Positions 52,606 to 64,000 of a stretch of DNA of 64,000 nucleotides are shown piece by piece. Position 1 is the first letter of the stretch; the number at the start of each line of letters is the position of its first letter. A model generated the notes under the pieces. That model was not told the DNA's origin. It did not search any database and was given only the letters and a program-made list of their open reading frames with translations. The translations under genes were made by a program, and so were the position numbers. The stretch comes from Macrostomum lignano (lineage: Eukaryota), in NCBI GenBank assembly GCA_002269645.1, contig NIVC01001546.1:1-64000 (forward strand). The letters run 5' to 3'.

Positions 52606-53842
52606 TTCTAAGCATCACATTGACAAAGGCAAAATATGATAATTGAATACACTGCAAGTTTAAACTTTAAAGATGAAATTCAATTATTTTTTTGAAATAG
52701 TTAAACTTTAGTTTTAAATCTTTCACAAGGCTTGGCATTGCTTTTCAATTTTTACAACCAATACTTCATTCAAATTTAATCTGGCCTAGTCCTAAATTTT
52801 CTTTAGCCTTAGGAACTGCATTTTAATTTCTTTAAAAGAATTCTTGGAAAATTTACTGAGACTGATTAGTTTTTAAGAGGGACGCAATATGTGCAGCGTG
52901 ATCGAAAAATGCAAGATTTAGGACAGCCCTGGAGAGGAGATGAGTGCTCTATTCTATCTCTAAATGAATTCAATTTACATTAGCTAACTTCAGAGTAAAA
53001 TTTTACACAAAACGATTTTTTTTAATTTGTACACTTCAAGCTTAGGCTGCTTAGATTTATATGAAGACGAGAACAGACAGAATAACTGTGGTGTCAGCCG
53101 TTAGGTAAGGTACCATTTAATTAGAAATTTATAGCATGATGATAAACCCAGCGATTTAAAATCAGCTAACAAAATTGGTTTCTACTAAAAAACATTTAAA
53201 CAACATATCAACATTTTCACGTGCTGACTAGCATGAATGATAAAAATAATTTACTCAGGCAGGTAAATTACTTTAAATATATTATTTTAATTGTTATAGC
53301 TCTTTTAATTTTAGTATGAGTAATTTACAGTGGCATGCTTTACTTTTTAACAGCAGTTTGTTGAAGTACTTCGTTCTATACTTTCTATACTTCGTTCTAT
53401 ACTTCTTTCTATACTTCGTTCTATACTATGCAAGGATATCCCGAGCGATATTCGAGATCAATATACGTAAATAGCAAAAATCTCTGCTTTTAAAGCATGC
53501 ACTAAACACCAGAAATTTTACAAAAAAATAATCAACTAATAAGATTTTCCAGGTATAAACAACCTTAAAAATTGAGCTTGGCGCTTATGATTGGAATGAT
53601 TTTGTGTATTGTTATTCTCATAAAGCTGATATTTCCTTATCTCGACAGTTTTAGGTTGATATTCGATTTTGAGTACTTTCACTTGCTCTCTGTCGCTAAA
53701 AATTTTTAATTGAAAATCTTTACATACAACAAGATCATACAACAAGATGATGTGTTTCGACCTTTCGGCCCCCCCCCCCCTTGTGGGGAAGCCTTCGGGC
53801 CTCAGGTCTCAGAAATAAATCAATTAGAGTCCTGGCGCCCCA

Positions 53843-54050
53843 CCCTGGAGGCTGACAATGCAAATTAAATGAGATTATAATATATTATATTTTTTGCAGA
53901 ATAATGCATTTTGAATACATTATGCTGTTTATAATGGATTATAAATGCTTTAAAATGCATTACAACCATATAATGCAGAAAAAGCGCATTTTTCTGCAAA
54001 AAATATAATATATTATAATCTCATTTAATTTGCATTGTCTGTCTCTAGGG
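53843..54050. mobile_element. 208-bp MITE with CCC...GGG ends and a 2-bp CA duplication (EnSpm/CMC-like)
   Basis: CCCTGGAGGCTGACAATGCAAATT ... AATTTGCATTGTCTGTCTCTAGGG; absent from the mirror arm, which shows the empty site. Confidence 0.75.
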
Positions 54051-54227
54051 CACTCCTGTCAGATGGTAAGCCCCATGGTAGCTTGATCGTGTGGCGAGCA
54101 GTCTAGGTCCTATAGCTAAGAGAGGGACAGCGAGAGACAAGCAGCTCAGGGAGAATTTTGAAGGTAGAAATTAGTTAACCCGCAGGTTAGCTAACTCGCT
54201 GCCACCAGCCCGTACGTTCTGGCTCAC

Positions 54228-57200
54228 TGTAGCATGCGCAGGCAGGCAGTTCGGGCACCTAGTTTGCACTCCGTGACCCCCACCCAGCCTATCCACTTCC
54301 CTCTGCTCGAGCACATCCCAACGCGCACTCAATGAACCGGAAATCTGTGACCAGACAATAAATATACAGGCACAGCCACATTCTATTTCTCCACCTTTTT
54401 GAGTGGCTAACTAACACTCGCAATAACCAGCCAGAGTTGCTCGCTACATTGGCGTCGCAAGCCAGAACCCAATGGCGCTACTACAGCTACAGCCGCCATC
54501 CGCATTCAGCATCAGTGCTGACCCCCACACCGTCAGCAAGCGCTGGACAGAGTGGGCCACCACACTAAAGCGATTCCTGGCAGCATCAGGAATCTTGGAT
54601 GACGCCCAGAAGCAGGAAATCCTCCTGTACACCGCGGGAAAAAAGGTTGCAGACATCTTTAAAGAGATCTCAGAGTCGCGTCCCGCCACTGATCAGCTGG
54701 AGCAGCAAACGCTCGACTCACTCATAGCGGCGCTAACTCAGCACTTTCAAAGACGCGACAATGTGGTGTTCACCCGGTACCAATTCCGCCAGTGCACGCA
54801 GCTGGACGGGGAAGCCATCGACAGCTGGTACAACCGACTGTGCAACGCGGCTGAGGCCTGCCAGTTCGGCGAGCTGCGTCAGTCCCTCATCCGCGACCAG
54901 ATCGTCGCCTGCTGCCGCAGCGAATCCCTCCGAAAGCGGCTGCTCAACGAGCCCAACATCAGCCTCCCCGAGGCCCTCCAGCTGGCAAGAACAAACGAAG
55001 CAGCCAGCCAGCAAGCGGCCATCATGGAGCGCTCGGCAGCCGGACCAGCTGAAGAAGTGCATGCGGCTCGCGACAAGCGCCCCGCCAGGCGCCCGCCAGC
55101 CAGCCCGGCCGACAAATGCCTGAGGCGCGGAGAGCCCGGCCACCGCACATTCAACCGGGCCCAAGGCAAGCGCTGCAGCAACTGCGGCAAGCTGCACCAC
55201 CTGGCGAAGGCGTGCTTAAGCGGCCGCGCACGCATCAACATGGCAGAGCCTGAGCCAGAGGAACCAGCAGTGGCGCACCTGGCGGAGGCGGTATTCTCCA
55301 GCCTCGACCCCAGCCGCAAAAGCGCCACCTTCAAAGCGGTCATCAATGGCTCGAACGTACCCGTCCTGATCGACAGCGGCGCGAGCTGCAACGTGCTCAG
55401 CCAGCAGACCCTTCGCCTAACGGGAGCACCCCAGAGGGCGCTTCAGCCCACGCACACAAGGGTCTATCCTCTCGGAGCAGCGAGGCCCCTGACACCCGCC
55501 GGCCAGATCACTCTGCACACGAAGATCAACGCCAACTCGGAGAGAGTGCGCTTCATCGTCATCAGAGAAGACTGCTTCACAATTCTAGGTCGCGAAACAA
55601 GCACGCAGATGGGGATGCTGAGGGTCGGACCGCAGGCCGAGACAGCTCTCACCGCCGGACTGACACCAGCAGTCAACGACCAGCACCTTCCGCAAGACCT
55701 GCGAATGTCATCGATCATAAAGGAGTTCAGCGACAGGTTTCAAGGAATCGGCTGCATCAAGGGCGTCTCAGTCAGCATCCAGCTGAAGGAAGAAGCGGCG
55801 CCAGTCTGCCACCCTCCGTCTCGAGTTCCGGTGCATCTTAGAACCGCCGTGGAAAAGGAGCTGAAGGACCAGCTAGCAGCCGGCATCCTGGAGCGAGTGA
55901 CGGGGCCCAGCGCTTGGAGTTCACGCATGGTGGTCGTTCCAAAGGCCTCGCCAGGCGAGATCCGCATCACGCAGGACCTGAGGGACGTCAATAAGTACGT
56001 CATCCCAGAAAAACAGCCAATACCGACATTCGAAGAAGTCACCGACGAGATGGCCGGCTCCACCTATTTCTCCGAACTAGACGTTGCCAAGGCCTTCCAC
56101 CAAATCGGGGTCAGCGAGGAGTCCCGGCAGCTGCTCACTTTCTCAACGCCTCTGTGCCTGCTCCGCCTCAAGCGCCTTTGCATGGGATTTACCTCAGCAT
56201 CCGAAATCCTACAGCGCGTCATGACATCTATCCTGAGCGGTTTGAGAGGCGTGCGGTGGGTCCACGACGACATCATTATCTTCGCCAGCACCATAAAAGA
56301 GCACAACGAGAGGCTGCGCAACTACCTTGACAGGCTGCGCCAACACAACGTGACTCTGAACCCCCGCAAATGCCGCATTGCAACCCAGCAGGCCGACTTC
56401 CTGGCCATGCACCTCTCGGCAGCCGGAATCCAACCGACTGAGGAAAAGCTGGAGGCTGTGGCCAACTTCAAGCGACCAGAAAATGCAACGGAGGTGCGGT
56501 CCTTCCTCGGGCTCGTCACATTCGTAGCCCGCTTCATCCCAAACCTCGCCGACAAAGCGAGGCCACTTCGAGAGCTGACCAAGAACAGCGCGAAATGGTC
56601 GTGGGGCCCACAGCAAGCCTCAGCCTTTCAGTCAATCAAGCAGTCGATCGCTCACAGCACGACGCTTGCCTTCTTCAACAAGAACTGCGAGACCAGGTTG
56701 ATCGTCGACGCCAGCCCTACCGGCCTCGGGGTGATTCTCGCCCAGGTGCAACCTGGCGACCTCACCAGGCCAATCGCCTACGCCAGCCGCAGCCTCAGTG
56801 ACACCGAGCAGCGCTACTCGCAGACAGAGAGGGAGGCGCTGGCCGTCAAATTCGGCTGCCTCAAGTTCCACCACTACCTTAGCGGCTGCCCAAAGTTCAA
56901 GGTCATCACCGACCACAAGCCGCTGGTCAGCCTGCTCAGCCCCGGCTCGCGGCCCCCGCCGCGGATCGAGCGCATGGCACTTCGGCTGCAGGATCTCCAC
57001 TTCGAAGTCACCTACCAGCCGGGCGCAGACAACCCAGCAGATGTCCTGAGCCGCCAGCCACGTCCAACACCGCCGAACAACGAGGGCGAGGATCTCGACA
57101 CGGCTTACATCGCAATGACAGCACAGGCAGCAGCGCCGAACAGCATCAGCCTCGACACGATCAAGGTTGCCGCCGCAGGCGACAAGGCGATCCAAGCCGC

Positions 57201-58837
57201 CGTATCCGGGCTCCGGTCCCATCGGTGGGAACTCGATAGCCACGACACGCGCAGCCTGCACGGCTTGCGGCACGAGCTCTCACAACACGATGGACTCCTG
57301 CTCAAAGGGCACCAAATCGTCGTTCCCGCCATTCTGCGCTACCGCTGCCTGCAGCTGGCGCACCAAGGCCACCTGGGTGTCCAGAAAACATTGGCAAGCC
57401 TCCAGACAAAGGTCTGGTGGCCCTCAATTCGGGCCTCCGTCGAGAACTTTGTAAACTCCTGCCTCAGCTGCAAGGCCTGCACGAACACAGCCGAACTGAA
57501 GGCAGCCCCACTCAAGCCGACTGAGCTGCCGCAGGGGCCCTTGCTAGAGCTGGGCCTGGACTTCCTGGGACCCATCAGAGGCCACATGCTGCTGGTGTGC
57601 ACCGACTACTTTTCATGTTTCCCACTGGTACAGACGATGTCGGGGTCGACAGCGGCAGCTCCGGTCATCCGAACCCTCCGCCAGTGGTTCAGCATGTTCG
57701 GCCAGCCAGTCCAGATCACCACCGACAACGGCCCGCCATTCTCGTCCGCAGAATTCAACGCCTTCTTGCGCAGCCAGGGCGTCCACCACCATCGGACTAC
57801 GCCGTTGCATCCCCAAGCCAACGGACTCGTAGAGCGATGCAACCGAGGCCTCAATAAGGCAATCAGAGCGGCGATCCTGGAAGGCAGCGACTGGCAGGTG
57901 GCACTGGACGACTACCTGGCCGCATACCGGTGAACACCGCACGCATCAACCGACATGGCCCCAGCCGACCTGCTATTCGGCCGACAGCTCAACGACACGA
58001 TCCCCAGCTTGCGCCACTCCCGTCCTGTTGATGCCAGGCGACGGACCGTCCGCGGCCACGACTCTAGGGCCAAGGAGCGGATGAAGGCCTTCGCCGACAG
58101 CAAGAGGGGCGCCACCGACCACAGATCACCGAAGGCGACCTCTTACTCCGCCGGCTCACCAACCGCAGCAAGACCGACCCCTTCTTCGAGGTCTCGCCAT
58201 GGACCGTGACAAAAGTCCACGGCAACACCCTGCAGCTCTAGAGGGGCGGCCAGAGGTGCTCCAGGCATGCCACCCACATCAAGCGAGTCTCCCAGGCAGC
58301 CGACGAGTGGCCGAGTGGCCCCGGGGAACGCGACAGCGGACAGAACAGCCCGCCGGATGAACCAACCGGCCTGCCCGAGCCAACCGGCGACCAGGACGTC
58401 CCGCTCGCCAACAGGCCGCACCCCCGACAGGCCAAGGAGACGCCGAAACGCTACGAAGAGGGCGACCGGCGAAAGGCTCCGAAAATTTGACAGCTGGCGG
58501 AACAGCAAGGACTGATCATTGACTCCAATGACTGACACTGATTGCTGGATCGCGCGTAACATGAACCCAATGTTGGACCCAACCCCACCCCGGGTTCCAA
58601 TCCACCAGACGAGGGATGTAGCATGCGCAGGCAGGCAGTTCGGGCACCTAGTTTGCACTCCGTGACCCCCACCCAGCCTATCCACTTCCCTCTGCTCGAG
58701 CACATCCCAACGCGCACTCAATGAACCGGAAATCTGTGACCAGACAATAAATATACAGGCACAGCCACATTCTATTTCTCCACCTTTTTGAGTGGCTAAC
58801 TAACACACGCAATAACCAGCCAGAGTTGCTCGCTACA
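54228..58837 (+). mobile_element. Ty3/Gypsy LTR retrotransposon (Mag-like), 4610 bp
   Basis: 221-bp TG...CA LTRs at 54228-54448 and 58617-58837 with one mismatch seen; 5-bp TSD CTCAC; PBS-like TGGCGTCG; purine tract GAGGGA before the 3' LTR. Confidence 0.96.
54472..57933 (+). CDS. Gag-Pol polyprotein (gag, protease, RT, RNase H, integrase), ending at a premature TGA
   Basis: CSNCGKLHHLAKAC knuckle; LIDSGAS protease; ELDVAKAFHQI and VHDD RT motifs; IVDASPTGLG RNase H; HQGH...CLSC, LDF, TDNG, NGLVER integrase. The integrase C-terminus (TPHAST...LLFGR) continues past the TGA with a frameshift near 58125 and a TAG near 58240. Confidence 0.93.
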   Translation: MALLQLQPPSAFSISADPHTVSKRWTEWATTLKRFLAASGILDDAQKQEILLYTAGKKVADIFKEISESRPATDQLEQQTLDSLIAALTQHFQRRDNVVFTRYQFRQCTQLDGEAIDSWYNRLCNAAEACQFGELRQSLIRDQIVACCRSESLRKRLLNEPNISLPEALQLARTNEAASQQAAIMERSAAGPAEEVHAARDKRPARRPPASPADKCLRRGEPGHRTFNRAQGKRCSNCGKLHHLAKACLSGRARINMAEPEPEEPAVAHLAEAVFSSLDPSRKSATFKAVINGSNVPVLIDSGASCNVLSQQTLRLTGAPQRALQPTHTRVYPLGAARPLTPAGQITLHTKINANSERVRFIVIREDCFTILGRETSTQMGMLRVGPQAETALTAGLTPAVNDQHLPQDLRMSSIIKEFSDRFQGIGCIKGVSVSIQLKEEAAPVCHPPSRVPVHLRTAVEKELKDQLAAGILERVTGPSAWSSRMVVVPKASPGEIRITQDLRDVNKYVIPEKQPIPTFEEVTDEMAGSTYFSELDVAKAFHQIGVSEESRQLLTFSTPLCLLRLKRLCMGFTSASEILQRVMTSILSGLRGVRWVHDDIIIFASTIKEHNERLRNYLDRLRQHNVTLNPRKCRIATQQADFLAMHLSAAGIQPTEEKLEAVANFKRPENATEVRSFLGLVTFVARFIPNLADKARPLRELTKNSAKWSWGPQQASAFQSIKQSIAHSTTLAFFNKNCETRLIVDASPTGLGVILAQVQPGDLTRPIAYASRSLSDTEQRYSQTEREALAVKFGCLKFHHYLSGCPKFKVITDHKPLVSLLSPGSRPPPRIERMALRLQDLHFEVTYQPGADNPADVLSRQPRPTPPNNEGEDLDTAYIAMTAQAAAPNSISLDTIKVAAAGDKAIQAAVSGLRSHRWELDSHDTRSLHGLRHELSQHDGLLLKGHQIVVPAILRYRCLQLAHQGHLGVQKTLASLQTKVWWPSIRASVENFVNSCLSCKACTNTAELKAAPLKPTELPQGPLLELGLDFLGPIRGHMLLVCTDYFSCFPLVQTMSGSTAAAPVIRTLRQWFSMFGQPVQITTDNGPPFSSAEFNAFLRSQGVHHHRTTPLHPQANGLVERCNRGLNKAIRAAILEGSDWQVALDDYLAAYR

Positions 58838-59314
58838 CTCACCACACCGGGACTCTCGAAATCGGGCTTCCGACTAGAAGGGGCTTTGCACTTACCTGCC
58901 AACTAGTGTCTTTTTGCTGTCTATCTCGAAGTCATAGCCGATGACAAAGGAACACTGCTGGGACTTGATCGCATTGGCCATGCAGGTACAGAGGGGACTT
59001 GTGCAGGGGATTCTTGCATGCAGTGGCGAGTCTATGGGGTAACTACATTTTTGGCCTTCAACGCGCCAACTAGCCTCTCATAGCGCTGATGATAGACTAA
59101 CTCGAACTTCAGAGACCGCATGATTCATTACCCGAGCCGCTTGGCGAACCTAGAGTGCACAAAGTACATCTCTGGCGCCGGTTTTGCACTATTGGCAATT
59201 TCGCTCACTGATTTCAAGATAGATTGATCGACTGAGAACTGCCTTGCCATTGGTCCACTGTGACCGGCGCCTACTAGCTTAGCTACTCATCTGAGCCATC
59301 GGCGAACAAAGAAT

Positions 59315-59678
59315 ATTATTTTTTTTATTAGAGGCAGGGGGGGTTGTGTGCACCCTCGCACTTTAAGCGACATAGGCACACAAACGGCGAGAGGCAATAC
59401 TGCCCATTCCACCGACTCCCCTGAGCAGGCATACAAGCGCGCGGATACGTACGCAGGCACACACTCACACAGGAGTGTACAGCGGCCCTAACTTTATATT
59501 ATCGTTAGGCATGTACACTTCACTGCGCCTTTGGGGGTTGGCTCTCAAGGCCGTAAATTGCACGAGCAGAGCCAAGCCGAGATTCCAATTCAGCCCCAAA
59601 TTAATGTGACTGCACTTGGAATCGAGCCTGGGTCGCTGGCACACCAGAGCAGCTGCGCTACCGCTGGGCTACGGCCCC
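59315..59678 (-). mobile_element. tRNA-derived SINE
   Basis: 5' GGGGCCGTAGCCCAGCGG (A box) ... GGCTCGATTCC (B box); A-rich tail; imperfect ~13-bp TSD; absent from the mirror arm. Confidence 0.78.
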
Positions 59679-59949
59679 CTTGCGATCAAAGAAATAAAAC
59701 CGATAAAAATAACTGTCAGATTTAACCTAAAATGCGTTTTACCCCCAAAAGTACTTTGGGATTAGCGATTAGCGGTTTCTCTTCATTATCTTCACTTTCT
59801 ATTTAATAAGAGCTTTCTAATGTATATTTTTTCATTAATTTCTGTCAATCCTACGCGAAAAGTCATAAATCATTTTGTTGCGATTTTGATTGATTTATGG
59901 CCGCACCTGTCATGTTTTTATGACCCTGTGGGAACTGATAGGATCTCCC

Positions 59950-60085
59950 AGTCACGTGATTCTGGGTGGCAACAAGCTTAGCCAATCAGAAAATTCGGCG
60001 CTCATTTTAACAAATCGGCTCAGCCAATCAGAATCCACGTGTTCCATTATAACAAACTGCGGTCCAGTTGGCGGCTATTTAAACC
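59950..60085 (+). promoter_or_regulatory. Putative Pol II promoter in the foldback centre (E-box, two CCAAT boxes, TATA-like)
   Basis: GTCACGTGAT at 59951; GCCAATCAG at 59981 and 60023; TATTTAAA at 60076. Motif match only. Confidence 0.35.
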
Positions 60086-61938
60086 GATGTTTTTGGCCCG
60101 CTCAAACCTCAACCTCCTGGGACCTTAGCCTAGCTTGAGACATCCCGGAGCGCGACCGTCGTTTCTTGATCCCCGGATTGCAACTCCCCCCACCATCATC
60201 AAGGACGAATTCCCCCGGTCAACAGCAGTGAACATCAAAGTTGAGAGCATCACCTGCTAGCTATCTGCGAAGATTGTGACATCAGCATCATTCCGGGTCT
60301 ACAGCTGCGAAGCACTAAGCCGATTCGGTCACTGTGGATTGCCTGGTCTCCGGCTGTTGAGTTTCTGATTGGTTGGGTGAGAAGCTACCTAGACTTGCTT
60401 GATTGGGTGATTCCCTATCTGTCCCCTGTTTCAGTAGCTGGATTAGGCGCACACTTTTGCTCGTTTTGTTCAGTAGTGCTGTTACTGAGGCAGAAATCAT
60501 TCAATAATACTGCTAGTAGTCTGAAACTCCAATTCAATCTGAGGTGTGAAGTGATTTAAGGAGAAGGTTAAATCTGACAGTTATTTTTATCGGTTTTATT
60601 TCTTTGTTCGCCGATGGCTCAGATGAGTAGCTAAGCTAGTAGGCGCCGGTCACAGTGGACCAATGGCAAGGCAGTTCTCAGTCGTTCAATCTATCTTGAA
60701 ATCAGTGAGCGAAATTGCCAATAGTGCAAAATCGGCGCCAGAGATGTACTTGTGCACTCTAGGTTCGCCAAGCGGCTCGGGTAATGAATCATGCGGTCTC
60801 TGAAGTTCGAGTTAGTCTATCATCAGCGCTATGAGAGGCTAGTTGGCGCGTTGAAGGCCAAAAGTACAATTCCTCGTATTTAGCAATGTAATAGTACATG
60901 TAGCTACCCCATAGTCTCGCCACTGCAAGAATCCCCTGCACAAGTCCCCTCTGTACCTGCATGGCCAATGCGATCAAGTCCCAGCAGTGTCCCTTATCAT
61001 CGGCTATGACTTCGAGATAGACAGCAAAAAGACACTAGTTGGCAGGTAAGTGCAAAGCCCCCTCTAGTCGGAAGCCCGATTTCGAGAGTCCCGGTGTGGT
61101 GAGCCGGGACGCACGGGCTGGTGGCAGCGAGTTAGCTTAGTCTGCGGATTAGCTAATTTCTACCTTCAAAATTCTCCCTGCTTGTCTCTCGCTGTCCCTC
61201 TCTTAGCTATAGGACCTAGACTGCTCGCCACACGATCAAGCTACCATGGGGCTGACCATCTGACAGGAGTGGGGGGCCAGGACTCTAATTGATTTATTTC
61301 TGAGACCTAAGGCCCGAAGGCTTCCCCACAAGGGGGCCGAAAGGCTGAAACCCATCACTTTCAGCTTTCTCGCCCAACCAACTTTCAGCCAGAGGAATCA
61401 CAGTGCGCTCAGATTCTGCCGATTGGCATGCCTACTAGCTTTTGGCATAACTTTTTCTTCTGTTGAGGCTGGAGAATTCGGCCAACATCGCTGTGTCGCT
61501 GCACGCTGCACACAGCGGCTGCTGCCGACAACTTGCAATGCCGCTGCTGCTGCGTGCCAGATGGTGTTGATGGAGGCGCTGCTGCATGCTCACGAGTCAC
61601 GACTGGCACTCTGTTGCTGTTGCGTGTCAGCTACGGTGTCGTTGGAGTTGTCCAGTGCAGCTGCTGCCTGCCAATCGATTCAGTGCAACACGGATGCACC
61701 CGTGTTGTGAGTCGATCGCCAGCGTACTTTGAATTGATTTGATAGACTCCTTTACATCATTCTTCTGGCTGATCCATTGTTGGCTTTTGAAGCTTTTTGT
61801 GGCATCTGTTAGAAGCTTTTTAGGGCAAACGAAAATTAGGGGCGCCATAATCGCCAGCTACAAGGGGGGAGGCGACTGCTCCCCTCCACCCCCGCCCCTG
61901 AGCATACATAGCTAGCAATCAAAACAAATACCAGCAAC

Positions 61939-62041
61939 TAAGACGGAATACAATCCCGGGATTCGCAAAGTCCGGGATATCCTGAATCCCGATCCCGAGA
62001 ATCCTGGGATTGACAAAACTTGGGATTTTGTATTCCTTAGC
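61939..62041. mobile_element. Small MITE-like element with ATCCC/GGGAT subrepeats; related degenerate sequence at 63820-63980
   Basis: GGAATACAATCCC ... GGGATTTTGTATTCC inverted ends. Confidence 0.4.
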
Positions 62042-62466
62042 AGCTATACGCCTATAATGTATTGTGTATCTATGGTGATTCTTCGGGCAATTGATAACGG
62101 AAAGGCGTGATAAAACCAGACAAAACCTCAGTGCGAAGTTTAGCTTTTGAATGGGCTGGTGGCAGCTGCAATTTCGCGCTGCATCTGTCCACGGGCAGAT
62201 CCAGCCGTGGCCAAAATATTTGGGTCATACTTTTTATTGGCCTGTCTGTAACATGCAAGCCAGGCCTATTTTTTAATGTCGGGCTGTAGTTCCTTGGTAT
62301 AGCTTGTCCCCCCACCCCTAAAAAAATTCTAAATCTGCCCCTGGCCCTGTGTTTTCGTCTCAACTCATATTTCCTTCTCCTTTTCCACTCTCATGGCCCG
62401 CACGTCCCGCAGCCAAAAGCTAGACTGCGGCGGCAATGGATCGATAGAAGGCTGCGCATGCTGTGG

Positions 62467-63136
62467 GTTGACGGTCGTTTCGTCTGCTGCCAGTTCGTCT
62501 GCCATTCTTTCGTCTGCAAAAATACGATGCAGTCATTTCGTCTGCCTCAAAATGCTAAGACTAAGTACGATGCCAGTACATATAATATTGAAAATAAATA
62601 TCTGTATATCTTAAAAAGTTCTTATAGTGAAGATAACGAACTCATTACGTTAGAAGCACGAACGTACGATCTAACAATATTTTCCCAAGGGACCCATAGG
62701 GATAGTATACAAAAATACACGCATACAACTTTTTGTTTGTTATATGAATTTTTTAAGCTGAATAATTGTTCATAATGAAAATGCACCATCATTGGATAGG
62801 TCATAACAATGCTCATAACAGCCAGCCGATCGTATTCTACAGCGAACTCTGTCTCTGCCTTCAATATTCATAACTGCAGCTTCTTCCATCCATCCATATT
62901 AAGTTCTTTTTTTAACGGATGTTTAAAATTGATATCATATTTCTTTGAAATACTGCAACAAACAAAATTACGCTTAGAAAAACTGACCTCCCACTTTAAC
63001 TTTTTTTGCATGACTCACAATATTTAATTATAAAAAATTAGCTTTGCTAGCTATTTAGCTTTACCTTAATTTTTTCTCAAAAAGTCGTTTCGTCTGCCGG
63101 CAGACGAAAAGGCGGCAGACAAAATGACCGCGCACC
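62467..63136. mobile_element. Non-autonomous Mutator-like (or hAT) element with an 8-9-bp TSD
   Basis: ATGCTGTGG duplicated at 62458-62466 and 63137-63145; imperfect TIRs CGGTCGTTTCGTCTGC / GCAGACAAAATGACCG; repeated TTCGTCTGC subterminal motifs. Confidence 0.7.
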
Positions 63137-64000
63137 ATGCTGTGGGGCCTCCCCTCTCTACTCTTCCAAGTTCCAACAGCGCCATTCCTTCCTTTCTAAA
63201 CCAATAGGCAGCGAGCTATGACTTATTCACCCAATGCCCGTGCATGATAGCTTTGCTACCCCTTCATGCCTTTCTTTCTTACTCGTATTCAGTGGTTCAC
63301 AATTGAAACGAATTGCCATCTTGTCTTGTCCCTTCCCTTAGGCTTAGCTACGGTTATTATTTAGCTGCCTTCAGGCTCCAACACACTAAGCCTCTCTACT
63401 CTTGCTGAAAATTAAATGGCGCTGCCTGCAACACTGCACTGGAACTGCAACACTGCTGCTGCTGTGGCATTAATTCATCCACAAATGACAAATTGTAATA
63501 CCAACACATACATACCTACATACCGACAGACCATTTTTACTTTTTGTAATAGATGGATGTGAGTATTTATTTATTCTATTTCAACTTCAACTAACTAACT
63601 GTTGTCGATGTCGAAAAGTCTTCGCGACTGCTTGAAAATAAACAGAAAGTGTCTATTTGATTTTGATCAATTATTTAAATAATAGGCATATATTTTTTAT
63701 TAGAAGAATGTAAAATTGTAAGTCCTGGATCCTGACTGACTGATTGTCAAAAACTTTCAGATCTAGCTAGAGTAAAAGTGCTACAAATTTTGTAATTTAC
63801 TTAGTCTTATCTTTGACTGGTTTTCCTAAGTCTAAGATTAGGATTGGGATATCTAATTCTAGGACCTTGAAAATCTTGAGATTCTTGGGATTCAGAATTC
63901 AGATATCCCAGACTTTGCCAATGCCAATCCTGGGATCCAAAAAATTGGGCCAAGTGCCTAAGATCCCAAGATCCTAGGATTAAAAAAAGTTTTAATCTTT

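Larger units (their letters stand above)
53748..61357. mobile_element. Foldback-type non-autonomous element with ~790-bp inverted arms and an 836-bp centre; left arm carries three nested insertions
   Basis: The right arm 60565-61357 is the reverse complement of 53748-53842 + 54053-54227 + 58843-59314 + 59683-59728. Confidence 0.85.

Noticed and set aside
54733-58902. Numerous overlapping and antisense ORFs within the Gypsy element
   Set aside because: Expected shadows of a GC-rich long ORF, with no independent motifs.
59085-59110. Hammerhead core CTGATGA...GAA in the foldback arm
   Set aside because: The intervening bases cannot form stem II and the GAAA core is incomplete.
59610-59678. tRNA gene on the minus strand
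   Set aside because: A and B boxes are present but the cloverleaf is degenerate; a body, A-rich tail and TSD follow, so it is a SINE head.

Overview
Eukaryotic (animal) genomic DNA rich in repeats and transposons. GC-rich exons, minisatellite-filled introns and closely packed co-oriented genes resemble a flatworm such as Macrostomum; this is inference, not proven. The window has three parts. (1) 1-17 kb: a Helentron/Helitron2-type rolling-circle element whose OTU-Rep-Pif1 gene I reconstruct as three spliced exons with an AT-hook. It carries a nested canonical non-autonomous Helitron and is followed by a 2388-bp tandem duplication with hairpins and a P-element/THAP9 remnant. (2) 17.4-52.6 kb: five conserved host genes, all on the minus strand (LYSMD1/2, QDPR, PAK1IP1, HBS1L, YjbQ/UPF0047); I resolved the exon boundaries and phases of all five. 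Two of them (PAK1IP1, YjbQ) have no in-frame ATG but start at an in-frame splice acceptor, suggesting a spliced-leader trans-spliced operon in which the leader donates the AUG. The 11-kb LYSMD intron holds a 4.5-kb PIF/Harbinger-ISL2EU-like transposon whose single reading frame joins a DDE transposase, a SWIM-like finger and a USP (C19) deubiquitinase domain. (3) 53.7-64 kb: a foldback element with ~790-bp arms whose left arm is broken by a MITE, a young Gypsy LTR retrotransposon and a tRNA-derived SINE, followed by small MITEs. No rRNA, bona fide tRNA or CRISPR was found.
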